From NCBI GenBank assembly GCA_963833985.1, contig CAWIAD010000002.1, forward strand, positions 3,072,001 to 3,136,000: 64,000 nucleotides of DNA. Direction: 5' to 3'. The notes below the pieces were generated by a model, which did not search any database, had not been told where the DNA came from, and was given only the letters and a program-made list of their open reading frames with translations. This document shows positions 22,101 through 29,407 of the stretch, one piece after another. A program made the position numbers and the translations under genes. Origin of the DNA: an uncultured Planctomycetaceae bacterium (GTDB lineage Bacteria; Planctomycetota; Planctomycetia; Isosphaerales; Isosphaeraceae). How positions within the stretch are numbered: the first letter of the stretch is position 1; each line of letters starts with the position of its first letter.

Positions 22101-22389
22101 CGCGGTCCAGCGGCGTCTGGAAGGCGCGTCTCTGATGGAGGCGGCCGTCGAAGGAGGAAAGCTGCGATTTCGGCCGATTCAAATGACCTCCTTCGCCTTC
22201 ATCGCTGGTCTCATTCCGTTGGTCTTTGCCACCGGCGCCGGGGCGATCGGCAACCGCACCATTGGCAGCACGGGGGCCGGCGGGATGCTCCTGGGCACCG
22301 TGATCGGAGTCCTCGTCATTCCCGGCCTTTATTACGTCTTCGGCCGGATGGCCGACGGGCGCGAACTTCCTCGGGGACGAGGTGGCTGA
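19138..22389 (+). CDS. RND efflux permease (HAE1/AcrB family)
   Basis: QFPDVAPPTV, AMRIWLNP, LAIGVVVDDAIVVVE, KNAILIVEFA, RFRPIQMTS; 1083 aa. The last codons may be frameshifted. Confidence 0.95.
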   Translation: MFTNILYRPALAIVISIIILFLGGLGIATLPTSQFPDVAPPTVQVAIAYPGASANVLVDSVLIPLEQSINGVQNMRYMVSDATSAGEATIRIFFEPGTNPDINVVNVQNRVNIMMNRLPPLVQREGILVSQVVPSMLMYVNIYSTDPNADQKTLYNFANVNVMPVLKRIQGMGIPRNLGNRSFAMRIWLNPDRMRAYSISTEDIMKAVAEQSVIGSPGRLGQATGRTSQSREYVLTYIGRYNKPEQYASIVLRANPDGEILHLKDVAEVELGSEFFDIYSDINGHPAASIILKQSPGSNAAAVIEEIKRELEQIKKESFPPGMDYELAYDVSRFLDASIEKVLHTLLEAFILVSLVVYLFLGNLRSTLIPTLAVPVSLVGTFFVLKLMGLSINLITLFAMVLAIGVVVDDAIVVVEAVHAKMAAKDLSPYRAAMEVLREISGAIIAITLVMTAVFIPVTFIPGPVGQFYRQFGITMATSIVLSGLVALTLTPVLCAMILKPHTHTHKGHAKKQFKPKVVLLYVLGGLPILGLITYLAYYLWGPVGFLFPLLPFVQKTIDRLVEKVTGGYARILRRIVTRRTLTMAVVAIFALGIVYVNTRLPSGFIPGEDQGIIYAVLQTPPGSTLEYTNAKSEELKEIAKKINEVTSVTSLAGYEVLTEGRGSNAGTCIINLKNWSNRQRTARQIIAELEKKCSRMTNVKLEFYEPPAVPGFGAAGGFSMRLLDKTNTSDYQRLGEVTDKFMAALSKRKELKNLFTFYTADYPQYELIINNDRAMQKGVSIGRALDNLNILIGSTYEQGFIRFNQFFKVYVQALPEFRRNPEDLGNMFVKNEAGNMVPYSSFMKIEKKQGLNEITRYNLYPSAAIQGAPAPGFSSGQAIKAINEVAARTLPHGYGVGWEGLSYDEARKGNEAIYVFLIVVAFVYLVLVAQYESFLLPLAVVLSLPVGIFGSFLLLRLMGLANDVYAQIGLVMLIGLLGKNAILIVEFAVQRRLEGASLMEAAVEGGKLRFRPIQMTSFAFIAGLIPLVFATGAGAIGNRTIGSTGAGGMLLGTVIGVLVIPGLYYVFGRMADGRELPRGRGG

Positions 22390-22557
22390 GCCTCTCAGCG
22401 AGATTCATCGCGTGAGTCGCGAGACAACAGAAGGCCGGTCCAAGGGTAATGTGGCCGATCGTGGTCGGAGAGAGCGCACCCCGTCCGGCAGGGCATCCCG
22501 CCGCGGCCCAACCAGGCCCACGCGCTCCCCCGTCCGCACGGGTCGCGTATGATGCAA

Positions 22558-22646
22558 GGGAGCGGGCATCCGCTGGCTGACGATGACGGTTCGCGGTCGG
22601 GCCCACGAATGAAGCCAAGCGGGATTGGCGGACCGTCCGCCGTGGT
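22558..22646 (-). pseudogene. Isolated diverged fragment of the comEC 3' region (metallo-beta-lactamase domain)
   Basis: Encodes HGGRSANPAWLHSWARPRTVIVSQRMPAP versus HGGRSANPPWLYSWAKPRAVVVSQRMPAP at 30039-30127 (24/29 aa identical, ungapped). Confidence 0.9.
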
Positions 22647-22838
22647 CCGGTAAGTTGGTCCCGCCAGGCCATCCAACGGTTACATGTAACAATACAATTA
22701 CAAACATCGTACCAGAGTCACCGTGAAGCGCTTCAGGGCCGCGTCCGTCCCGGCAGCGACGGTCACACCGAGATGGGCATGCTGTCCCCGGAACCCGTGC
22801 AGTCAGGCCCGCGCAGCAAAGCGGCCGCAAACATCGGC

Positions 22839-23243
22839 TCAGCCTGGTAGGAACGCCGAGGGCCGCACGCCGAAGTACCGGGCCAACACGATCACCTGCT
22901 CCTTCGTCAGTGAGCGAGTGCCGTTCATGATGGCCGAGATCGTCGACTGCGTGATTCCGACCCTGGCTTCGAGCATCTTCTGGGTCAGTCCGTTTGCCCG
23001 CATCAGTTCTTTCAGCACGTCGCCTTCGAAAACCTCGCGGGCCGGCTCGTGGACCGCCTCGTAACGCTCTACCAGGTCGGTCAGGGCGTCGAGATACAGC
23101 TCGGTCCCCTTATCCGAAGGGACCCGGAGCAGCTCATCCAGGATCGCCTGGGCTCGCTTCAAGTGCGCATCGTCTCGAATGCTGGCCAGGGGGAAACGTT
23201 CCACGAGCTTGAAGTAACTTGCCGGAGCCGTCTTTACCGCCAT
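22839..23243 (-). CDS. higA: HigA-family antitoxin (HTH-XRE)
   Basis: FPLASIRDD, LDALTDLVERYE, HTH LTQ..L...GITQSTISAIMNGTRSLT; directly downstream of higB. Confidence 0.9.
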   Translation of the reverse strand: MAVKTAPASYFKLVERFPLASIRDDAHLKRAQAILDELLRVPSDKGTELYLDALTDLVERYEAVHEPAREVFEGDVLKELMRANGLTQKMLEARVGITQSTISAIMNGTRSLTKEQVIVLARYFGVRPSAFLPG

Positions 23244-23246
23244 GGA

Positions 23247-23591
23247 TTACTTGCCTTTCTTCCGCTTCGGCGGCGGCTCGTGACACCCGCAATCGTCGAT
23301 CCAGCGCCCTTTGTCGTATTGGGCATGGTCCATCACCTTGAGCACGTACACGATGCCCCTGGCATAGTTCACGCGCCCGATCAAACGGTACCGATTGTTG
23401 CCGACATCGAACACCACGCAGTTGCCCACCGTGCCTGCCGATTGGAATGCTTGCCTGAGCACTCCGAAGTTCGGCCAATCTGCGTTTTCGGTCACCTTGC
23501 GCCAGGTCGATATGTCACGCTCCGCAATCAGCGAATCAGCGCCGCGCGACTCCCAGAACTCGCGCAACCGGCGATTGGAAATAACCCTCAC
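23247..23591 (-). CDS. higB: HigB-family mRNA interferase toxin
   Basis: GTG start with GGAG RBS; RVIS.R.LREFW, VVFDVGNNRYRLI..VNY, H..YDK motifs. Confidence 0.9.
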   Translation of the reverse strand: MRVISNRRLREFWESRGADSLIAERDISTWRKVTENADWPNFGVLRQAFQSAGTVGNCVVFDVGNNRYRLIGRVNYARGIVYVLKVMDHAQYDKGRWIDDCGCHEPPPKRKKGK

Positions 23592-23798
23592 TTCCGTGAT
23601 CTCCTTCCGCACGCCTGGCCGGGCGCGGTAGGTCCTCCGTCGACATTATCGCTGAGTGCGATATTCCAGTCAACCCGAGTATCGCACTGTGCGATCGTCA
23701 TCCGCACGGAGAAATTTGAGAGACATTGGTGTCGGAGAAATTCGTGTCAGAGAGGAATGGCACTCGGATAGTGCAAACCGATCACCCCAACAACACTC

Positions 23799-23876
23799 GG
23801 GCGGTTTTCTGACGGGTTGCAGGGAGTTTCTGAGTTTGGAAAGGGGGGCAGTCTGCGATCCGAGTGAAAACCGCTC
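23799..23876. mobile_element. MITE-like element, short copy lacking the internal REP pair
   Basis: GGGCGGTTTTCTG.CGGGTTG..TTGGAAAGG.GGGCAG|TC.GCGATCCGAGTGAAAACCGCTC aligns with 16757-16900 minus a 64-bp internal segment. Confidence 0.65.
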
Positions 23877-24017
23877 CAGGGGTTACGTTATCCGAGTGCC
23901 AGTCTGAACCGACACCGAATTCCGGACATGAACTAGAGTTTCGGTATGGGCGGTCCACCCCGATGCTGCATTGCGAAGGTGCGATGGACGGTGGCTCGTC
24001 CTTGGAGGAACTGCCCC

Positions 24018-25247
24018 ATGCCTCAGACGGATTTGCCATCTGGGCTAACGCGCCTTGGTTGCTTCTCATGGTGGGCTCGGGTCCTCGTGTTCTCCACCTC
24101 AGCCCTCATCTCGTCGGCAGCGGAGGGCAAGTCGTCTGAAACGACGTTCGCCGAGGTCATCGGCCAGCACTTCCAGGCCTGGGACCTGAATGGAGACGGT
24201 CGGCTCGAGGTCCACGAGATCGACCGCTTGACGTCCGAACCTTCGATCCGAGGCGACGCTGCCGCGGCGCTTGCAGCCATCAAGATTCACGAGCGAAAGA
24301 TTGGCGGGGCGGAGCACCGTAGGTTCGCCCCCGGACTTGACGAGCTCCAGGGCCGTATTGTGAGCGGGCCCCGTCCGATGGTCCCAGCAGGGCCGTTGAT
24401 CACCGGGCCGACCGTGCCATATTCCTATGAGCATGCGTTTCGCCGGCTAAGCGCCGAACTCGGCGCGGTGCCCTCCTTCCTCTTCGCTCACGACGTCCCT
24501 GACTTCGGTGTCCTGCGTCAGGGCTCGATCAAAGACTGCTTCTTCTTCAGCGTGATCGGAAGCATCGCGGCGCTTCGACCACGACGAATCGTCTCGATGA
24601 TCGAGCCCATGGCCGGCGGCGGTTTTGTCGTGCGATTCCCAGATGGGCCCCTGGTCCGTGTGCCACCCGTGACGCAGGCCGAGGCCCTCGTGAACAATAC
24701 GCTCTCCACGCTAGCAGATGGGCTCTGGCCCGTCGTCCTGGAGAAGGCCGTCGGTGAGATCGACCGCGAACATACCACACGCGACCGCCGGACCGCCGAG
24801 CCGACAGACTCTATCGCGCACGGCGGTTCGACCAAGAGGACGATGTGGCTCTTCACCGGTCACGCCTCATACGAGTTCATCCTGCGCCGTCCGCAATACG
24901 AAGCCCGAGACCTGGCCGAGATCCGCCGAATCCTACCGCAGACATTGGAAGCCGGCCGGCTGGCCACCGCATCGATGGGGCGGTACCCGGCCGGCCCGAA
25001 GAAGGTTCCGAAGCTGGGCTACAAGCACGGCTACGGCGTGATCGGCTTCGACCGTCGAACCGACGAGCTTGTCCTATGGAATCCGTGGGGTAACACATTC
25101 ACCCCGAACGGCCCTGAAGGCCTCGAACACGGCTTTATTACCAAACACGGCGTCTTCCGGGTCTCCCTGAAGACGTTCTACGAAAACTTCTCGACTCTCC
25201 ACGTCGAGTCAGCCGAGCTGCTGCCTTCCCGCTACAGAAAGATATGA
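24018..25247 (+). CDS. Secreted calpain-like (peptidase C2) cysteine protease with EF-hand
   Basis: QGSIKDCFF (Cys), W..LEKA, KHGY (His), WNPWG (Asn); EF-hand DLNGDGRLEVHE; GGAGG RBS before ATG 24018. Confidence 0.8.
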   Translation: MPQTDLPSGLTRLGCFSWWARVLVFSTSALISSAAEGKSSETTFAEVIGQHFQAWDLNGDGRLEVHEIDRLTSEPSIRGDAAAALAAIKIHERKIGGAEHRRFAPGLDELQGRIVSGPRPMVPAGPLITGPTVPYSYEHAFRRLSAELGAVPSFLFAHDVPDFGVLRQGSIKDCFFFSVIGSIAALRPRRIVSMIEPMAGGGFVVRFPDGPLVRVPPVTQAEALVNNTLSTLADGLWPVVLEKAVGEIDREHTTRDRRTAEPTDSIAHGGSTKRTMWLFTGHASYEFILRRPQYEARDLAEIRRILPQTLEAGRLATASMGRYPAGPKKVPKLGYKHGYGVIGFDRRTDELVLWNPWGNTFTPNGPEGLEHGFITKHGVFRVSLKTFYENFSTLHVESAELLPSRYRKI

Positions 25248-25296
25248 TGAAGGCTGCGCAAGAGCATAACGGCTGCATGGGGTCAGGGAAGGGACA

Positions 25297-25343
25297 AGGG
25301 GACTGGAGTCGATTTCCCAGTCGAAATGACTCGATTCCCCTTT
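25297..25343. repeat. REP-like inverted doublet
   Basis: AAGGGGACTGGAGTCGATTT and AAATGACTCGATTCCCCTT are imperfect inverted repeats separated by a short spacer, between convergent genes. Confidence 0.55.
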
Positions 25344-25426
25344 GAGTTCTCCGAAGTCTGGTGCGGATTCTGGAGACGGCTGTCTGTGGCTTTTCCAGGA
25401 GGACTCATGCCCTCAAGTCCTCACGG

Positions 25427-25774
25427 TCAAGAGTAGGGGAGATACTCGACCCGGTTTTGCAGATCGTCCGGGTCGAGGGTTCTGGCAATCAACTCCAGGT
25501 CGCGAACGGCCTGGCCAATGGAAATACCGAACTGGTGCGCGTACACGACGCCAGAGAAAGCCGTCCCTGTTTGCAGACGCCCGTGCGCGATGACCAGCAG
25601 ATCTTGGTCCTGACTGAAAAGCACGCGGCCAGGTGACGTGGCTCGGTCCAGGAGAGGGTCGTCGTCAAGCCTTGCTGACCCATCCTCTTGAGCGGTAAGT
25701 ACGTCCACTCCCCGGTTCCGCAATCCCGCAGTGATCGCCGCAGGCACGTGATGATCCATGTACAGCGATACCAT
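25427..25774 (-). CDS. DUF5615 PIN-like toxin (in frame with upstream DUF433 as sequenced)
   Basis: LYMDHHV....GLR.RGVDV.T, D..LL..AT..GRVL.SQD.D, H/F.GVVY motifs. Confidence 0.85.
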   Translation of the reverse strand: MVSLYMDHHVPAAITAGLRNRGVDVLTAQEDGSARLDDDPLLDRATSPGRVLFSQDQDLLVIAHGRLQTGTAFSGVVYAHQFGISIGQAVRDLELIARTLDPDDLQNRVEYLPYS

Positions 25775-26089
25775 CAGGAGGCAAGACCTTCGAGCCTTGA
25801 TCTTGGCTCGCAGAACGGATTCACTTTGATGTCCCCGGAGATGCTCGACCGCACGCAACTGTTCATCGATGGCTCGATCCATTTCCTCCTGATGGTCGTG
25901 ATAATAGGCCAGGCAACTGTGAATTTGTCCCAGCGTGAGGTGCGGGTGTTGGCGCTGAATCTCATCGGCATCCCAGTGGTGTGCCAGACGATCCAGGGCG
26001 ACCTCAAGAACTTTCGTTTGTGTCCCAATCAGCCAAACTTGACCGTCGGCGCGATTCTCGACGTGAGGGTAGTTGGTCGGAGTCGACAT
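25774..26089 (-). CDS. DUF433 antitoxin
   Basis: AGGAG RBS; I.GT.TKV, EIQRQHPHLTLGQIHSCLAYYHDHQEEMD. The expected stop (TGATG overlap at 25774-25776) is one base out of frame. Confidence 0.85.
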
Positions 26090-26338
26090 GGTTTTCAGCT
26101 CCTGTGGAGGACTCGCACGAGTCCCATGGATATCATACACAGGACGCAACGCCGGGGCATGGCTCGAATCGCAAAGGCCCCGTCTGTCGGCACAGGAGCG
26201 ACAGCGAGATCGGAGCGGCTCGGAACGGGATGCCGCCAGCAGGATTGACCGACCAAGAGTTGCGGGGACGGACACCAAACGCAATTCTTGACGGCATGCA
26301 ACTGGTCTCGGTCCATTTTTCGACGGGACGAGTTACGA

Positions 26339-26434
26339 TCAACGCTGATCGCGCTGATCCAGGAACCCTTCCGTGATGATCCCGTCCGATCGCCATTGTA
26401 AGTGGACGGCCCCGAGTTGCCAGGTGCGCAGCAG
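26339..26434 (-). pseudogene. Second diverged fragment: extreme 3' end of a comEC homologue including its own stop
   Basis: Encodes LLRTWQLGAVHLQWRSDGIITEGFLDQRDQR* versus LLRTWQRGAVHFKWRSDQIITEGFLD of resident comEC (22/26 aa identical, several synonymous changes). Confidence 0.92.
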
Positions 26435-26441
26435 GAGAGAG

Positions 26442-26917
26442 GAGAAATCAGTGTCGAGAAATCAGTGTCAGTTCATTTTTCTGAGAAATCAGTAAAAGAG
26501 AAATCAGCAGAGAGAGAAATCAGTGTCAGTTCATTTTTCTTGACGGAGCAGCAGAGAAATCAGCGTCGAGAAATCAGTGTCAGAGAGAAATCAGGAGAGA
26601 AATCAGAGAGAAATCAGTGTCAGTTCATTTTTCTTGACGGAGCAGCAGAGAAATCAGCGTCGAGAAATCAGTGTCAGAGAGAAATCAGAGAGAAATCAGG
26701 AGAGAAATCAGTGTCAGTTCATTTTTCTTGACAGAGAAATCAGTGTCAGTTCATTTTTTTTGACGGAGAAATCAGGGAGAAATCAGTGTCAGTTCATTTT
26801 TCTTGACGGAGAGAAATCAGTGTCAGTTCATTTTTCTTGACAGAGAAATCAGTGTCAGTTCATTTTTTTTGACGGAGAAATCAGGGAGAAATCAGTGTCA
26901 GTTCATTTTTCTTGACG
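26442..26917 (+). repeat. Array A: ~22 head-to-tail units starting GAGAAATCAG, 9 containing the full GTGTCAGTTCATTTTT core
   Basis: Directly readable. Unit lengths 11-40 bp; higher-order duplications 26514-26607/26608-26701 and 26702-26810/26811-26917. Confidence 0.95.
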
Positions 26918-26941
26918 TAAGCCCGCATCTCGCCGTAACAT
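26912..26941 (+). promoter_or_regulatory. Putative sigma70 promoter for a leaderless RAYT transcript
   Basis: TTGACG (26912-26917, end of last repeat unit), 18-bp spacer, TAACAT (26936-26941); ATG 7 nt later at 26949, no SD. Confidence 0.5.
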
Positions 26942-26948
26942 GGGCATC

Positions 26949-27671
26949 ATGGGACGTCTTCCTCGCGCCACCGACGACGGTCTGGTTTACCACGCGATGA
27001 ACCGCGGGAACAACCGCGCCGACGTCTTCGTCGGCGATGGCGATCATGAGGCCTTCCTCGAGTCGCTCCGGGCTGCGAAGGACCGTTATCCCTTCGCACT
27101 ATTCGGTTATTGCCTGATGAGCAACCACTTCCACCTCCTGCTCAAGCCGAGCTCAGGGCAGTCGATCAGCCGGATCCTCCAGTCGCTCAGCGTGGCCCAC
27201 ACGTGGCGATACCACAAACGGCACCGCACCTCGGGGCACGTGTGGCAGGGCCGCTTCAAGAGCCCGGTGATCCAGGACGATGACCACCTGCTGGTCGTGC
27301 TACAGTACATCGAGGCCAACCCTGTCCGCGCCGGTATGGTCGCCGACCCGAGGGCCTACCGGTGGTCGAGCTATGGCCAGCACGGACTGGGACTGGTTGA
27401 CAAGCTTTTGGACGGTTTCCCCGAGTGGGAGCATCTCGGCCCGTCCGAGGTGGAGCGTAGGCGGCGGTGGCGGGCAAAGCTGCTGTCGGCGCAGAGGCAG
27501 GACGAACTGACAGCGGTACGCGACTCGTTGCGAACCGGACGCCCGCTGGGCTCTCCCGCCTGGGTCGAGGGAGTCGCGACTCGATTGGGCATTAACCTGA
27601 CCCCGCGCCCGCGGGGCCGGCCTCGAAAGGAGGAATCGGCATCGGCCGGAAGTGCCCGAAAAATGAACTGA
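26949..27671 (+). mobile_element. REP-associated tyrosine transposase (RAYT, HUH Y1 family)
   Basis: YHAMNRGNNR..VF, YCLMSNHFHLL (HUH), GHVWQGRFKS, YIEANPVRAGMV (catalytic Tyr), YRWSSY, C-terminal RPRGRPRK. Stop codon lies inside the first right-hand repeat. Confidence 0.93.
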
Positions 27672-28092
27672 CACCGATTATCACGAAAAATGAACTGACA
27701 CCGATTATCTCCCGAAAAATGAACTGACACGCGATTATCAGCCCGAGCAGGACGAATGAAGCGTAGGACTCAACCGGACTCCGCTGGCTCTCCTGGCACT
27801 CGATTGCATCTCTTGACCCCGCGCGCGGGGCCGGCCTCGAAAGGAGCAATCGGCATCGGCCAATGAACTGACACCGATTATCACGAAAATGAACTGACAC
27901 CGATTATCTCCCGAAAAATGAACTGACACCGATTATCTCCTGACACCGATTATCTTCGCGAAAGGAGCAATGGCATCGGCCAGAAGTGCCCGAAAAATGA
28001 ACTGACACCGATTATCCCCCGAAAAATGAACTGACACCACGATTATCCCCGAAAAATGAACTGACACCGATTATCTCGACACCGATTATCTC
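27657..28092 (-). repeat. Array B: ~11 units ending GACACCGATTATC, inverted relative to array A, interspersed with partial copies of the RAYT 3' end
   Basis: Repeated GAAAAATGAACTGACACCGATTATC(TC); 27741-27861 and 27957-27990 resemble 27495-27658. Confidence 0.95.
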
Positions 28093-28196
28093 GCGGAGGA
28101 CGAGTCAGGCGGTGGAACCCTCTAGCAGCCGTGTCTGGCGGGGTTCTCAAGACGATTGATTGCGTGCAATCGGGACTTTGGTCCCAAACGTTCAGC

Positions 28197-28955
28197 TTAC
28201 GAGGCGATCTTGAACCGCTCTGCGAGCAAGTCGAACTCGTTCTCTCCCTGGATTGCCCTCCTCTTGGGAAACCGGATCGGCAGGCTTTCGAGATTCCATA
28301 TCTGGGTCACAATCTCATCCCATGGCAGCGACCCACGCGGCATGGTCGATCGCTGGTCGTTGGGGTCAACGGGTTTGACCCTTAGCACCTGGATGATCAG
28401 AGTGCCGAAGCCGATCGTCATCGCGTACGCGCGGTCGCCTGCCCCTTCTCCCCTCATCTCCAACAGCCTGGCGACGACAAAAGGTCCAGGCGATCCTTCC
28501 CATCGACATACCCACACATGCGTTTGGATAGGAATTGGACGATTCTCATACGAATAGAAGACCGTCCGCTCCTGATCGGTGAACCGCCAGACACCTGGGG
28601 GATTTCTCGTCTCGGAACACATCGCGGTCATCACAGCCCAAGAGGTCAGCAGCTTGCATTCGCAAGCATCGAAAGAGACAGACGAATTCGATAGAAGGGA
28701 CTTGATGAGCGGCTTCGCGCCTTCCTGCAAGCGGCTCATCCATCCAACATTGCAATATTGACAGACGGATCTTACGGTCAGCCTCAGATCAGTGACCCTC
28801 GTGCATAAAACGGGCGAGTTCATGTCTCCCTGGTATTCGAGCGTCCCGTGCCCCTTGAACTCCTTTCGCAGCCAATTAGGGAACACGTGTTCCTCCGAGC
28901 CAGCCTCTTTGCCACAGAAGATGCACTTCTCGGTCGTCGAGTATTTCTTGCTCAT
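28197..28955 (-). CDS. Putative HNH-like zinc-binding endonuclease-domain protein
   Basis: N-terminal CIFC...SEEHVFP.W and VC..CN.GWMS.L(E/Q) pattern typical of HNH-like zinc domains; lower GC than core genes. Confidence 0.6.
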   Translation of the reverse strand: MSKKYSTTEKCIFCGKEAGSEEHVFPNWLRKEFKGHGTLEYQGDMNSPVLCTRVTDLRLTVRSVCQYCNVGWMSRLQEGAKPLIKSLLSNSSVSFDACECKLLTSWAVMTAMCSETRNPPGVWRFTDQERTVFYSYENRPIPIQTHVWVCRWEGSPGPFVVARLLEMRGEGAGDRAYAMTIGFGTLIIQVLRVKPVDPNDQRSTMPRGSLPWDEIVTQIWNLESLPIRFPKRRAIQGENEFDLLAERFKIAS

Positions 28956-29407
28956 CACGTGACCTTGCGAACAAGCTGATCCGTCGATTGAGATTGATTG
29001 TGTGCTGGAACGTGCCGCGAGTGGAATACTTCACCCGCATCTTGAAGCAGCCGAGGTCGTGGCGCGGGAGGGGGATGCGGTCGACTGGAATACAGGGCAG
29101 GCGGCTCCGCTCGATACGCAAGTCCTAACAACTTACGGGAGCGGCATCAAGCGAGGAGGCAGAACTGCCCAACAGGTGAAGTCCGAATCGCGAAACGACG
29201 CTCGTAGGCGGGAAGCGTGGCAAGTCAGCTAAGGAATGCGATCGCGTGATGTTCGTCGCTGACAGAATTTTCATTTATTTTGAAATGTCTGAATCGCCAG
29301 AATCTTCTTGAATCCATCCACGCAGATAGTTGGAATGAATGAACGCTGGTCCAGAGCTAAGTTTGCAGCTCGTAGACTAACTGTAGGACAGTAAGAGGGG
29401 CTTCTGG

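Noticed and set aside
26402..27000. ORFs 26402..26731, 26577..26840 and 26803..27000
   Set aside because: They are translations of the repeat array (REISVSSFF / RNQCQFIFL), not credible proteins.
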